A stretch of 64,000 bases of DNA from the human T2T-CHM13v2.0 reference genome, Homo sapiens, in the NCBI RefSeq assembly GCF_009914755.1, contig NC_060936.1; one strand, 5' to 3'. The notes below the pieces were generated by a model. That model did no database searches and was not told where the DNA came from. It saw nothing but the letters and a program-made list of their open reading frames with translations. The position numbers and the translations under genes are program-made. Shown here piece by piece: positions 43,766 to 57,695 of the stretch (position 1 is its first letter; every line of letters begins with the position of its first letter).

Positions 43766-43955
43766 AAACCTCAAGCCAAGTGTGGCCCATAGTAGTCTCA
43801 TAAGTCTGAATGTGCAGTTGGACCTAAGAAGATCTGCTCTTGAGGTTGCATCAATATGTAGAACTACTGTACTAAATACAAATACTCCTTGCATGCCTGG
43901 ACTCAAAATCACTGGGAACCGTACACAGGACTAGGGCAATAAAAGTATTGCTCAC

Positions 43956-44054
43956 CTTTGGAAGGAGCTGGATTGCCTGTAGAATTCTTTGTCTGTGCCC
44001 AGAATTAAGGATTCCAATTTCCAACAAATCCTGATCTTCCATAACATTGCTTCC
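43956..44054 (-). CDS. ANKS1B: ANKS1B internal coding exon (99 nt, phase 0-0), C-terminal half of SAM domain 1: [33 protein letters not shown]
   Basis: Peptide in ORF 43872..44093 is recognisable as AIDA-1/ANKS1B SAM1 (GHR.RIL SAM helix-5 motif). Acceptor TTCTGTTTTGTTTCAG| ends at 44055 and donor AAG|GTGAGC starts at 43955. Splices in frame to the 12332 exon (..LLPK|MRPIG..). Confidence 0.97.
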
Positions 44055-44334
44055 CTGAAACAAAACAGAAATGTTACAAGTTAAATCAAGCATTTATACT
44101 GTGGATAAATAACAAGGATTTATTTAATACAGAGAAAACCAATGAGTGACCTGATTTTTATGAACAAAGACATAGAGTCATTCTTCCGTGAGGGTGAGGG
44201 CAGAGTCGGTCACCTTGTTACTGATGTGAAGTCTAGGAGAAAGCTCCCCTCCCCTCACAAATATCTATCGTGGCTTATATCCACATGGGGTTATCTGCAC
44301 TGGAGATTCATTCGTGTGACTTAAAACTTTGTTT

Positions 44335-44419
44335 CTGCACATTGTGCACATGTACCCTAAAACTTAAAGTATAATAATAATAAAATAAAAATAAATAAAT
44401 AAAAAAAGATCCAAAAAAA
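44335..44419 (+). mobile_element. Extremely 5'-truncated young L1PA 3' end with perfect 15-bp TSD aaaactttgtttctg
   Basis: ctgcacattgtgcacatgtaccctaaaacttaaagtataataataa; TSD at 44323-44337 and 44420-44434; TT|AAAA target. Confidence 0.92.
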
Positions 44420-44615
44420 AAAACTTTGTTTCTGTAAAAATGTGAATGCTTCTAGTAAGAGTTGCCATTTAAGATTATCAGTGACTTACACATTGATATG
44501 AATGAATCATTTTTCCCCCCTTGATGACAGATTTTGTGCGGAAGGCTGATAGAAAAATTGACATATATTAGGCAGGTTAAAAGTGAGAGTTAATACTTAA
44601 TTTCAAAATATTGAG

Positions 44616-45057
44616 TCACAATAGCAAACACATAGAATCAACCTAAATGCCCATCAGTGATAGCCTAGATAAAGAAAATGTGGTACATATACACCATGGA
44701 ATACTGTGCAGCCATAGAAAAGAATGAGATCATGTCATTTGCAGGGACATGGATGGAGCTGGAGGTCATTATCCTTAGCAAACTAATGCAGGAACAGAAA
44801 ACCAAACACCACATGTTCTCGCTTATAAGTAGGAGCTAAATGATGAGAACACACGGACGTAGAGGGGAATAATACACGCTGGCGCCTGTTGGAGGGTGGA
44901 GGATGGAGGAGGGAGAGGATCAGGAAAAATAACTCATCAGTACTAGGCTTAACACCTGGGTGATGAAATAATCTGTACAACAAAGCCCCATGACACAAGT
45001 TTACCTACGTAACAAACTGCATGTGTACTCTTGAACATAAAATAAAAGTTAAAAAAA
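44616..45057 (+). mobile_element. L1PA (about L1PA13-age) 3' end
   Basis: aatcaacctaaatgcccatca...aagaaaatgtggtacatatacaccatggaatact...gagaggatcaggaaaaataact...ctgtacaacaaagccccatgacacaagtttacct. Confidence 0.9.
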
Positions 45058-47869
45058 TTATTGAATGCCAGACACCAGATCACGATATGAAGATTGAATG
45101 ATGAATATGATGCAGGGCCCTACCCACAACTGCCTTTATTCCTTCCAGTCCCGTGATGGAAAGGGACTGTTCAAAGGCAGTTAGGTAGGATGCTGAGACT
45201 GTGCTATGATGGTGACACTTGCTTAGGAGTCCAGAGGGAATCCAGGGTATTTTTTCAGAGAAAAGGACATCTAATCAGATATAGGAAAAATGGGTGGTTA
45301 AGGCATAGCACCTAAAAGAGGAAGGACAATGGGGAAATTATGTGCAAAGACCTGTGAGTAAGAAGGAATGTAGTATACTTGGAAGCATCATGTTCTGGGA
45401 TAATATGGAGAGAGGAGCAAACGGTAAGGCTGAATGAGTAAGCAGAGGGCAGACCATACAGATATTGCATGCCATGCTGAGGGCTTCAGACTTTATCCTG
45501 ACCATAATGGGTAGCCATGGACAGCTTTTAAGAAAGAGAGTTACATGCTGAGATTCCAAATTTAGAAACATTATTTTGATTTCTGGGGCTGGGCCTCAGT
45601 TTCCCTACCTATAAAATGATAAAGTTGAGCCCACAATGTCCAAGGACCAGTTCAGTCCTAAAATTCTGATTTCAATGGTTATTTTAAACCTGTGATTAAT
45701 ATTTGAATGCAGAAGTTTACATATTGCTCATTTTATCCCTAGATTTTAATCTTTCACGGTTTGTAAGACAGAGTTTCTCTTTAAATTGAGGCGTCTATAG
45801 AGGTTCAAGAATTCAGATCACTATTTTTTTTGACAAATCAAACTCTGTCCTACTTATGTGTAACACAAAAACGCAAGAATAGAAATGACAGAATATCCAT
45901 TTATTTAGTGATGAGTACCATTAGACACTCAAAGCAAAGGAGAATGAATTTGAAAGGGTGATTCTGGGGCATGGAGACCACTGTGGTTGTTTTCTAGAGG
46001 CGCTGTGGGCATAGACTAACGTAGTAGTCACAGGAGCAAAAAGAAGCAGGTGGATTTGCAAACTATCAGGAAGTTTGACGTGGAGATTGAACATGTGGAA
46101 TGATGCAGAAATGTGGAATACACAAAAATTCAAGGCTTGGGCAGTGAGTGGAACTTGATGCCTTTTCCTGCCATAATAAAGGAGGAAGAACAGCCCTGGT
46201 GGGGCGCAAAGTGAGACTAACATCTTTCCCTGGACAGGGACAGAATAGATGCATGTAAACAACTTAATAATATCAGACTATGCTATAAATGGATAACTGG
46301 CTGTGCTTAGAAGGATTAAAGCCACTGGAATGGCACAACAGCTAGGGATTTAAAACGGGCATTCACTGGACAAAAGCATTCCACCTACTCATAGTGTCAT
46401 TCTTATGCTTAAGCAACACCAGCCATCTCGGAGGAAGCAGAATGATCCAGGTATTCAGCAGCATGATAATGAAAAGCCTAATGAAAAACAAATAAAGCCA
46501 GTCTTGGCAACATGCCACAGGAAATATTGCTCTCAAGAAATTACTCAGTGCACACAACAGAGCATGGCTGAGAATACAAATGACTTCATTTAGAGAAAGC
46601 GTTATTATTTCCAGAAATGGACTAGTATGGCATGAGCGAGATATGTGATACCATTCTGACTTTTACTCTTTGAGGAGTTACCTGGCCCTTAAGAAAAAAT
46701 CTTTCGTCATCTTTGTGCTAGAACATTACCAGGTTTTCCAGGTCCTAACTTACCAACCCACAACTTCAGCCCATGTAGAATAGAGGACCTGGTTTTTTTG
46801 CAGAAACAGAAAGCATACGAATATCCCATAGTGTGCATAGCTACTATCTCTAGGTAATCCTGACAACTGGATTTCAGTGTTTGAATACTGAAATGTTTTG
46901 GTAAATTAAATCCTAAAGATCACTGTTCTTCCTCTACACCTCCAATATGCTATTTTCTGTATCTCAGTAAGAGAGGAGTCCTTTTGAAGAATTATAGGGA
47001 AGTTAGATATTTTTAAAGAAGGTGTTGAGTACATAAGAACATCTTTTTGAGCCAAATTTCCTAGCATATAGGATAATTGCCAAACATTTTTGAAAAATGA
47101 ACCAAAATTATGGGAAGCACAAGAAAAATAGTGAAAATGTGTCAAAGGGGAAATGGCACTAATTGGGAAATGGAAAGGAAAGGATTTACTGTCCCCAGTG
47201 AGGCATGCTGTTAGAAATTTTCTATTTTATCTTTTTCTATAATACATAGGGATGCCAAAAATATCCTAGTACATCATTCAGCCAGCCTTTTGTCCAAACA
47301 CTAGGGGACTTGGAGTCTGCAGAACTGGGTTTGGATCATGGCGGGGCAAACTTGGCTAAGTCATACATTCTTTGTAGGCTTCCTGGTCCTCACCCACCAA
47401 ATGAAGCAGTTTAATGAATATGTATTCAGTTTCAAAATGCTATGATTTCAGCCATGTTTGATTTTTGGTTGGTATCATTATATATAAATATAGATTGTAT
47501 ATTTTGAAATTATGTTTCAGTGTTTCAGAATTTGTAACCTAAAATTAGCTTTAAGAAGTGATTAAAGAGAAATTCAAGAATATATATTTTTTTTTGACAA
47601 ATCAATCTTGGTATGATGGACTTATAAAATTTCTTATTAAAGGAAATTATAAGGTAACTTATTTTTGTAGTAGTACGGATTCTTATAGCTTTTCAGGGAA
47701 AAACAAAATGTTTCAAACCTTATAACTATCTAACCATTTCTTTGGCACCTGGGTGACAGTTGTGCCATCAAAGACAATAAACATTCCCATTCTTCCTAGG
47801 GAGCTGGAATTAATTCTCACTTTATCACTTGCCTTTACTAAATGCTAGCAAATCTCAGTTTAACTTCTG

Positions 47870-48217
<348 letters not shown>

Positions 48218-48477
48218 TAACTTTTAGGTCAATGATTTGGGGGCAGAGCTCCGTCATGTCCATCTTCTGTTTAGTCATCTACTACACTGCACTCTCAATC
48301 TCCTTTCCTACCCAGTACACTCCAGTCCCATGTTTTCATCTCCCATTTTCCTCCTCAACCCACCAGAATAAGCTGTTCCCCCCCATCAACTCCATAGAAC
48401 TTCTCTGTCAAATGTTAAGAATGACCCCTCAATTGCCAAATATAGTTGATTCTTTTAAATCTTGATTTCAAGAATTT

Positions 48478-48572
48478 ACTTGCCATATGTAGGTGATGGC
48501 CACCATATTGGACAACAAAGATACAGAACATCGCCATCATTGTAGCAAGTTCCATTAGACAGTGCTACTCTA
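48478..48572. mobile_element. MER3-like hAT-Charlie fragment
   Basis: ggccaccatattggacaac...agaacatcgccatcattgtagcaagttccattagacagtgct. Confidence 0.7.
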
Positions 48573-51500
48573 CAGTTAGAGACATTGAAACTTTAGTCAA
48601 ATCACAAAAATGGGGCAGTAGCAGGGAATCAAATCAGGGACTCAAAAATACTCATGAGTTTTTCTCAGGATGTAGTTATTCATGTGCCTCTTAGTCAAAG
48701 TTCATGAACATTAAGTTTAGGATCTTTAGCAAATTCTCTTTTAATTCTTCAGTCACCAAAAGAAATTAGAAGGTTGTTCTACTTTCAGCAACATTTCTTT
48801 ATGGTGGGGCTATAAATCTATGCTATGAAAATGACAAGTCCAATCACTAAATTATTTTTGACTTTCTTAGCATCCACCAATCACACTGCATAAGGTGTTT
48901 AAATAACAATAATCAATAAATAAAGTTGTTTAGTTAATGACTTTCTAGAATGATCAAAGACCCAAATGCAGTATTTTTAGAATAGCTGTTCTTTGCCTGT
49001 CAAGAAATGTCTAATGCAGGGTGTCTTTATTGATCTCTTAAATCATGGAATGGAAAAAGTCACCTAATGTTTTATGCACTAATAGCTGAAAGTGGAAGTT
49101 TCTTTGACCACGGGGAGAATATCTTAGGTACTGAACTTCTTCAGCTGTGATAAACTGTTAGGATGCCCAAATAGAATGAAAAGCAGTGTTTTGTATTTAA
49201 TTATTCATTAGAAGTAAAACAGCTATTTACCAAAAACATCTCAAAAATATCTGTACTGATGGCTCTGTCTCTCCAAACTCTGCATTTAAAATTTCTTGTA
49301 GTTTTTTAAACTTAATACGATATCTTATTCATTTAGCAAGCTTTCCTTCATATTATATATTGTAGAAAATGTTAGGAAAATATATTTAAGGACCACAGGG
49401 AACTGGCTTATTCTTAATATAAACTTGAGTTGGATAATGTTATTTATTCTCTTCCTTCATCCAGTCCAAGACTAAAAAAATCAAGATGATACTGTTGATT
49501 GGGGAAACTTGTTTTTGCTCTATAATTAGCTAAATTAGATTCTTCTCCACAATTTATGTGACCTTAAATATTTAAAATAGAATCACTGTATAATAGAATG
49601 ACAGCAAGATCTTACAAACTTACACATAGAAAAACATGTACTTTAGTTTGCTTTTAATATTTAGCCTTTTATAACATAAATAGCATGGTAGCATGAAACT
49701 GTACATAATTTTCTTGGAATAACAATGCTACCTCTCTGCTTCTATAAAAGCTTTGAGTCAATTTGATATCAATTTACAAGTAAACCCAATGCATGTCTTC
49801 TCTGCATGATTATGATAATGGTTATTGTGCTAAATACCAGATTTATTATTCCTCTGTCAGTGTTGGAACAAAGCTTTATTTAGCTTATCATATAGAAACA
49901 CGGGTGACTATAACTGATCAGATAATGGATGATGTGCTTCTTCCAACTTTAACTTCCTCTCTCACATTAATGAAATGGCAGTGGAAGAAAATTCTATAGT
50001 ACACTAAAAAATCCCTCTACCCTAATCCTCCATTTAAACATATTCTGTCTACCGCAATAAAATTTCTTGCATACAACTTAAGTAAATTTTCATGTTTTTA
50101 GCTTATGAAGAAAGCTTTCTGGATTCTTCAGACTATGTGGACTATTGATTCAAAAAATATTACATCACTGACCAATAAGACATCATCTTATATGTGCAAG
50201 CTGTGTATTTTAATAAATTATATCTTAAGGTTAAGATATAGTTTAGCATTATATATTTAACAGCTACCATGATTACAATGAATTTTCTGTCACCGATTTT
50301 TTCCTCTTTATTTTTGAAACCCAATTCCCCTTTGAAACATCTGTTGTCAAGCTACAGAGAAAGAGAAGGAATTTAAGTAACCAGGTATTTATTTGTTAAA
50401 GTATCGAGCAGGATTTGGTGATATCATAAATTATAAATGTAATTCACTTGAGATGTGTTCATGTAGGTTTTAGAATTATGTGTATTTGTAAAAGAGTGCA
50501 AAATAATTTATACAGTAATTTGTACTGCCTTTGGTCAAAAATTTTATAGCTATGAGAGAAGGAGCCTATTCTTCATTTTTAAGGATGCTAACCCAGAGCT
50601 CCTTCAAGTAAGAAGAAAAGTTGATGTGAACAAAACTTTTTTGTATGCTCTTACTTCTCTCCAGATGCATATATCTGTATAAATATAAAGCTGATGAATA
50701 CCTACTGTCTTCCTTCAACTTTCACACTGATAGCAGTTGGTGTTCATTAGTGTAAAGTAAATAGCACACTTACTGTGTCAGGCACTGTTCTAAATACCTT
50801 CCATATATTACTTTATTTAATTCTCACAATAACTCCTATGAGGTAGGTAGCTTGTTCCCATAGCTGATAGGAGACTTTCTCAAGACTTACCCTATACTAC
50901 CTCTAGCAGGAATCATGCAGGAGATAAAAGGTTGAGTTAAAAAAACATGGTTAGATCCACACCATTTATATTTTTACTTCAGAGTCATCTGAAATTCACA
51001 TTTGAAAGCGAGTGTTCCAATGCATTTATGTTTGATTTCACAGTACCGAAGCAACAATGAACCCTCTCTATGGAAGAGAACTTGGAGAGCTGTCTGGCCT
51101 AATCTTCCCTGCTTTGCTCCAGTCCTTTCTGTTCACTGAATCCTGGAATCAGGCTTGGCAGGGACCTGGGGGGTTTCTAGTTTCTAGTCTAAACGTTCCC
51201 TAACTACCCACAAAGCTTCAACTTCTCTTTTGAAGTGTGGTGTCTCACTGGGTTGACACCATCCCCAGAGAGGTAGGGAGGATATTAAATGCTTTAAATG
51301 GTCTTTCCCAGCAGCTGAGTCTGAGCAGGGGGTGCGGCTGGGGTTGGGGTGGCACCTCTGTCCTACTCTTTTAGCTCCCACTGTGGTACAGACCAAGTGT
51401 TGCAGGAGAGCTATCTGAAGAAGAACGTGCCAGAAGCGGAGATGAAAGGAAAACAGTTAGCAGCTGTCCTGTGTCCTTTTGTAATCACAAGCTGTGAAGC

Positions 51501-52949
51501 TGAAAAAAAAAAAAAAAAAAAACTTCCTTGGGTAGGCTGTACATAATCTTGGCAGATATCTGAGTGTTGTTCTTCTGTCTAATATGCTGAACGTTTCCCA
51601 GTGCCTCACAAGAGAAAAGTGAGACAGGGTTAGGTGAGTTTGGACACCTTGCTCCGAACAGGCAGGGAACATGGCGCCCTTGTACGTTCATCAAGCTCTT
51701 GCAAATGCCCTGTCACTGTAGATGCTGATGCAGAGCTCCAAAAGGAAGGGCTCCTCTGCAGGAGAAGCAAAAAGAATTTGCTCCTGGGTATTCCCAACAC
51801 AGCCACATATAATGACGCAGAAAGAAGTACCTAAAAAGATTACCAGCCATTACATTCACTGTGTAGCAGGTACTTCACCCACCTTATTTATAAACCTTAC
51901 AGCACTCTTGTAACATAGGTGGTATTATTTTCATCTTATAGAGGAGGAAACTGAGTCTCAGAGATGTGACACTATGGAGTCAAGTTCACAAGATAAGTAT
52001 AGGATGGATCTGGGATCTGTGTTTTATTTGGTCAGACTCTGATGCTGATGCTTCCTTCACTACATAAAAAGAACCAAATGTTTAGTAGGGGACATTTTCT
52101 GGATGGAGATTCCGGTCCATAGATATGTAACGTTACCAAGAAGTTACTCCCATGACCCTATTTTCACACACACAAGCTTACATCTATATTTACAGACCAT
52201 AGGGAGTGACTGCCAGAGTTTCTCCAACACATTGAATTTCACATAAATTATTTATCTTCTGAAAGGTCAACTGGTTAGTTCTCCTTCTAAACTACCTTAG
52301 TGTATTCCAGAACCAAACATGTTAATCAAAGTGACCCAAGGTGTTTGTGGCTAAAGCACTAACTAACTTGCCATGTTTCCTGCTGTGAGGCAGGAAGTAT
52401 CAGCATGGCATTAGGTTGTTGTGAGAGATTCAGCTCTTCTGCAGTGCCTTGTCAAACGACCTGACTGGTCAACTGGGAAAATGAAGTTCTCAGGGCCAAC
52501 ATCGTGTTTGGGTGTTTTTCTTTTAGGTCTGTATCAAAGCCAGATTTAAGAAGGAGGGTGTCTACAAATGAACGAAAGCAGAGGATGTCTGGGGACAAGC
52601 TAAGGACATTTGTGTCCCACACTGCATGTATTCTGAATCCAGAGAAAAGAGAGTGAGTTGCAGTCTCCTGAGAAGGCTATCCAGGCTAAGGAGCCTGTGA
52701 TGGTGAAGGTGGATAATTTAGCCCTCTGAGAAGTGTAGACCTGTCAAAAAGGAGATTCGTTAATTCTTCAAAGATATGGTTGTCTTCAAAGAACAGACAT
52801 CCCCAGATTTAAGGATGATGGGGTCTCTTGACACTGAGAACTACATTCAGAAATAGCCAAACAAGAGGAAAGGAGCAAAGAGGAAGAGAAAGGGAGGGAG
52901 GAAATGAGAGGAAGTGTTTATTCTTAAGGGTGAAGGTAGTGGTGAAGGG

Positions 52950-53030
52950 AGTAGAATTTCCTGATAAAATACAGAAATTCAAATTTAAGTGGCATCATGT
53001 ATTTTTATTCACTTAATCTGGCTGCCTTAG
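52950..53030. mobile_element. MER53-like element, internally deleted
   Basis: gataaaatacag|aaattcaaatttaagtggcatcatgtatttttattcacttaatctggctgcctt. Confidence 0.6.
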
Positions 53031-53099
53031 ACAGGAGGTCACTGAAATCTGGAAATGAGCTGGCAGAGTCCAGTCCAGAGCTACCACTGAGGCAGGCAT

Positions 53100-53950
53100 T
53101 GTCATTCATTCATGTAGTCAGCATTTGTTTGTTCAATAAATATTTTTTGAGCATTTATTATGTGCCAGGCACTGGGCTGTGGTTGTGAGATACAATGAGA
53201 TCAGGACAGACAAGGTCCCTCTACCTTTAGAATTTACAGTCTAGTGGAGAAAAAGGGAAACAGTGGAATAAAAAAATAGATAAATAATTATTTAGCAAAG
53301 TTTTACTATATACCAAGTATTTACTGTATTAGTAGGGACTATTAAGCACTTTGTCTTGTTTGTTGTTCATGATAAATTCTGATGTTAGTATATACAATTA
53401 TTATCCTTATTTACAGATAATAGACTAAGAATTGAAGGCACAGAAAAGCTGATAATTAGTCTAAGGTCACACAGGTAGTAAAACTGACATAAAGGGAATC
53501 AATGGAGTTCTAAAATAAAAAATAAACAAATAAATAACAACGGAGATCTATGTTAGAAAGACTGGTGAGGAAAGTCTCTCTGAGAAAGTGACATGTAATT
53601 AAGACCTGAGGGGATTAGAAGGAGCAGCCTAACTGTGAGAAGAGCTGTTACAAGGACATTCCAGGCAGAAATAACAGCAGGTGCAAAGGCACTGAGGTGA
53701 GGAAAAAGGTGAGGCATGTTTTAGGAACAAACAGAAGCCTACTAAGAATAAAATTTAGTGACTGAGGGGGACGAAGACCTGGGAAAGAAACGCAGGAAAT
53801 AAGACAATACAGAGACTTGCAGACTCTGATAAGGACTTTGATTGTATTCCAAGTGCAATGGGAAACATTGAAGGAAATATACTAATTTGCATCTTCAAAT
53901 ATACTCTGGATTCGGTGTGGAGAATGGATGGAGAAATTGGGAGGTATGGA
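53100..53950 (-). mobile_element. L2 remnant with nested MIR (about 53300-53480)
   Basis: ttcattcatgtagtcagc...ttcaataaatattttttgagcatttattatgtgccaggcactggg...; cattccaggcagaaataacagcaggtgcaaaggcactgagg. Confidence 0.75.
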
Positions 53951-56900
53951 AGTTGAGCTCGACAATCAAAATTGAAATAACAGCCTAGAAACATAAATAA
54001 TCTAAAGGAAATGTGATGAAATATGACCTTTTGGGAGACTATGGGAATGGGTCTCACTGGGGGGGGGGTCAAGTCTCCAAGCCAAATGCATCTTTTATTT
54101 GAATCAAAGAGAAAAGCCATATGACAAGGATGAAATCAGAATAGTCTTTGATAAAGGTTCTATGTGGATACAACTATGAATAAAGATTTAGCAGTACCTA
54201 CGAAAATGAAAATGTTCAGACTCCATGGACCCAGCAATTCTGTTTCTTGGTCGTGGCAGACATTGCTGGGAGGCTGAGTCCTTTCCCTCTCACTACCTCC
54301 CACTGCAGAGGCTGGATAAGCTAAAGTTCTCAGCTTCCCTTTAAAGCAATGGTTGAACATGTGACAGAAGTTGTCATTGGGGAACTTCTGGAAAAGCTTT
54401 TGCTTTCCTAATGAAAAGGGAAAAATTCACCTGCTACCCTTCTGTGCCCATAAGAAAGGACTCTCCTCAGGATGAGTGGCTAAACAGTTCAGAGAAGGTG
54501 ACAGCGATGGGCCCACAGTCCTTGGACCTCCAATGATAGATATCTCCATTGGATACCTGGAGGCAGGCAAGGATAGGCCATGGAAGGGTTAGTTCTGCAT
54601 AAAAAACGTTATTTAAAGCTCTCTCCATCTTTTGCATCTAAGTTGCTCTGACTAGTGTTTATCTGTCAGTGAAAATAATGATGGGGATGTGTACTGTGGC
54701 ATGTAATTAATAGAGGTTATAATGGAGGCAACAGGATATTTACTATTTATTTTAGGCAGACAGGGGTATGATAACATAAAGAATAGCAGAGAAGGGATAC
54801 TAGGAAGAATGAAAGTTATCAGATCCAAGTTGGGGTGTGTGTGTTTGTGTGTCAATTATAGCATTGCCTCTTCTCATTTTGACTTAACGTTGTGAATTTC
54901 TCATAAAAAGATGACTTGAAGGAATTTCTTTACTCTGGATTTTGGTTTCTATTAAAAACTAAAACGGATGCAAAATTGCCAAAGTGCTCATGGGACTAAC
55001 AGGTTCTAAATCTGGGAGTGGGTTTCAGCTTATAATTGAAGATGACAGGTGTCCAGAGATTGTATGAAGTTATGGTTCTAAAGGAAGTACAGTTTTACAT
55101 AAACCTGGTATTCTACAGGAAAAAATGTTACTCTTGAAATCCAAACACATTATAATCATAACAGGGCAGAAACAATAAGAACATTTAGGGGTATGTTAGG
55201 TTGACCTTAGTGTGTAGCTCTTCCAGGAACTCTTGAGAAGTCAGAGTTTTTATTTAGGTCCTTTGTAATCTGGAATGCCTTTGGTGGGCAGTGAATGGCG
55301 ATTATTGAAAGAGTTGACTGATAGAATATTCCTGACTTTTCCCCACATTTATTTTTAGTTTTGGTTTTGGTCTTGAAGACATTTTTCTTAAGATGTCTTC
55401 AGGAAAAAAAAAAATTTTTCCACATTGAAAACTTTGTTTTGGCTTTTTCGAGTTTAAAATTCGGTGATGGGAAAACTTGCTCACATCACAACAATGGGAT
55501 TAAGTGTGAGGAGATGATCGCTGTGGGCAGACAGGCAGGAGGCTAACCCCACGAAGGGCTAAACTAAAAGCTGAGTAAGAGCTCCACTAAGAAGAGCTCT
55601 TTGAACTGTTCTGGGACTGGCTAGGGCCACTAATTGTCCTTGGGTTGTATATGAAGGGAAAATTTGTATCAGGGACACAAATATCCTTGTCCTTTGTATA
55701 GCATCTATATCATGAAGGATATTCTCATTTTTTAACTCCATTTTCTTCACTGAATAATATTACTCAACCTGAAAGAAATACAGGGGAAAGAAACGGAGGG
55801 ACATGCATTCTCACAGTGAATGTAATTAAATGTCCTCCTGTCTAGTTTTTCAAGTTAAAGGTTCTGAGTTTTGTTTCCAGAATATTCAACTGGTACTAAA
55901 AGCATCATGAAGTCCCTCATATTTAATTAAATGGTGCATTATTAAAAGGGGGCACACTCTATCTAGGTTAAAGAGGTGATAAACAGCTATAGAATTTCAT
56001 GTTTCTTTCTACTTGGTATTATATGTCTTGTTTCCTTTACTGGACAGCAAACTTCTTGGGAGAAAGGATCATGCCTGAAGCATCTTTGCATCTCCCCTAA
56101 CATCTGTTTGCTAAGTGTTGAATAAAATAAAAGCTTGAAAGAATGAATCTGTAAGTAAAAACATGAGTTTTTTAGATTTATTAAAAAACATTTAGTCTAA
56201 AGATCACTAAGTAAGTTTATAGGAAAAGCACTGAAATTTTGAGCTGGAAATTCTAATATGCAGGATGCCTGATGTGTTTTTCCCCCCTAATTGAAAGAAA
56301 GATAAAGATGGAATTGCTGGTACACCATAACACCAAAATGTTCTTAATTTTTTTTTCAGTTTTGCAAATTCTCATGATTTGATTTTCATCCAGGACTGTC
56401 AGTTGAGACATCTGATAATCTAAAAGCATTCAGAGAATTAGGATCCCATATGGCTCGAAAATATTTCCTATCCGGCAGGAAAAAGAGAACATACCATGAA
56501 AATAATACTGGTATATCCTTCAATTTATGTGTACAAGGAGCATAAATAAATTTAAATCATTATTCAAAGTATAATAATTATAATGATCATAAGGTTGATT
56601 ATAACAACCAAAATAAAAAGAATATACAGTTCTTCATAATCATGTGACATTATAAAAAATCAGAAGTATACTTCAAATCAATGATAGTAATAGAGTTGTG
56701 TTTGTCTAACAGAAGCAACAGTCATTAGAAATGAGCACGGGATTAGGAGTCCTGGCTTATCACTAATTAACTGTATAAATCTGAAAAGGTAATTTAACTC
56801 CCTTAGGTCTTAATTTTCTCAACTGAGCCATGAAAGGGCTAGACCAGATGTTCCCTTTTAACACGGCATCTGTTCTGGAGGTTCTAACAAGGAGTACATC

Positions 56901-57648
56901 TACTCATACACTCCTATTGCCTGAAGAATAATTAATTCTTCTTGCTTTGGGGGAAATGTCATTTTCTTCAGATAAGTGTTCAGTATTGAGAGGTGCACTT
57001 ACATAATGGTGAGGGAGCAAGGAGACCTGGGCTTAGTCATCTAATTTCACCAACAAAATTATTACTAACAATAACAATAACGGCTATTCATTGAGAGTTA
57101 ACTGCAGGCCAGACACTGTGCTTTTATCCTCTGAACAATTCTATAAAATAGATATCGCTATTATCATCCCCATTTTACAGATGAGAAAATGGAAGCATAA
57201 AGATTACTAGGAACTTGGCTGAGATCACACAGTAAGTGGCAGAGCTGCTTTGGAAATGAAGATGGGTGTTGGAATCAAATTCCCCTCACCCCACTGGCTT
57301 CCCATAGCTTTGACAAGTGTCTTCTGCATGGAATTGCCTCAGAGATCTGATGGATGGAGTCTTTCTCTGCCAGCCCAGTCGTCTCCATGAACCTCCTTTC
57401 CTACAATTTCTACCCAGGGATTGAGGATTATTAATAAAAAGAAAAGGAATTGAGTGCTCCTGGGTTCACCTTACAGCTCTGCACTTTAATAGCAGTGTGA
57501 CTCAGGATCAGCAATCCTCTTTCTTTGTCCGTACAATGGGGATAACACTAATGCTTATCTTTTAAGGATATGGTGACATAATGTTTATGAAGTTGCTTTA
57601 TAAACTCTAAAGTAAAATTGCTAAAAATAAAGCATGCCTGCTAGGAAC

Positions 57649-57651
<3 letters not shown>

Positions 57652-57691
<40 letters not shown>
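57652..57691. repeat. T40 homopolymer with no attached retroelement
   Basis: Counted directly; flanks are non-Alu. Confidence 0.95.
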
Positions 57692-57695
<4 letters not shown>

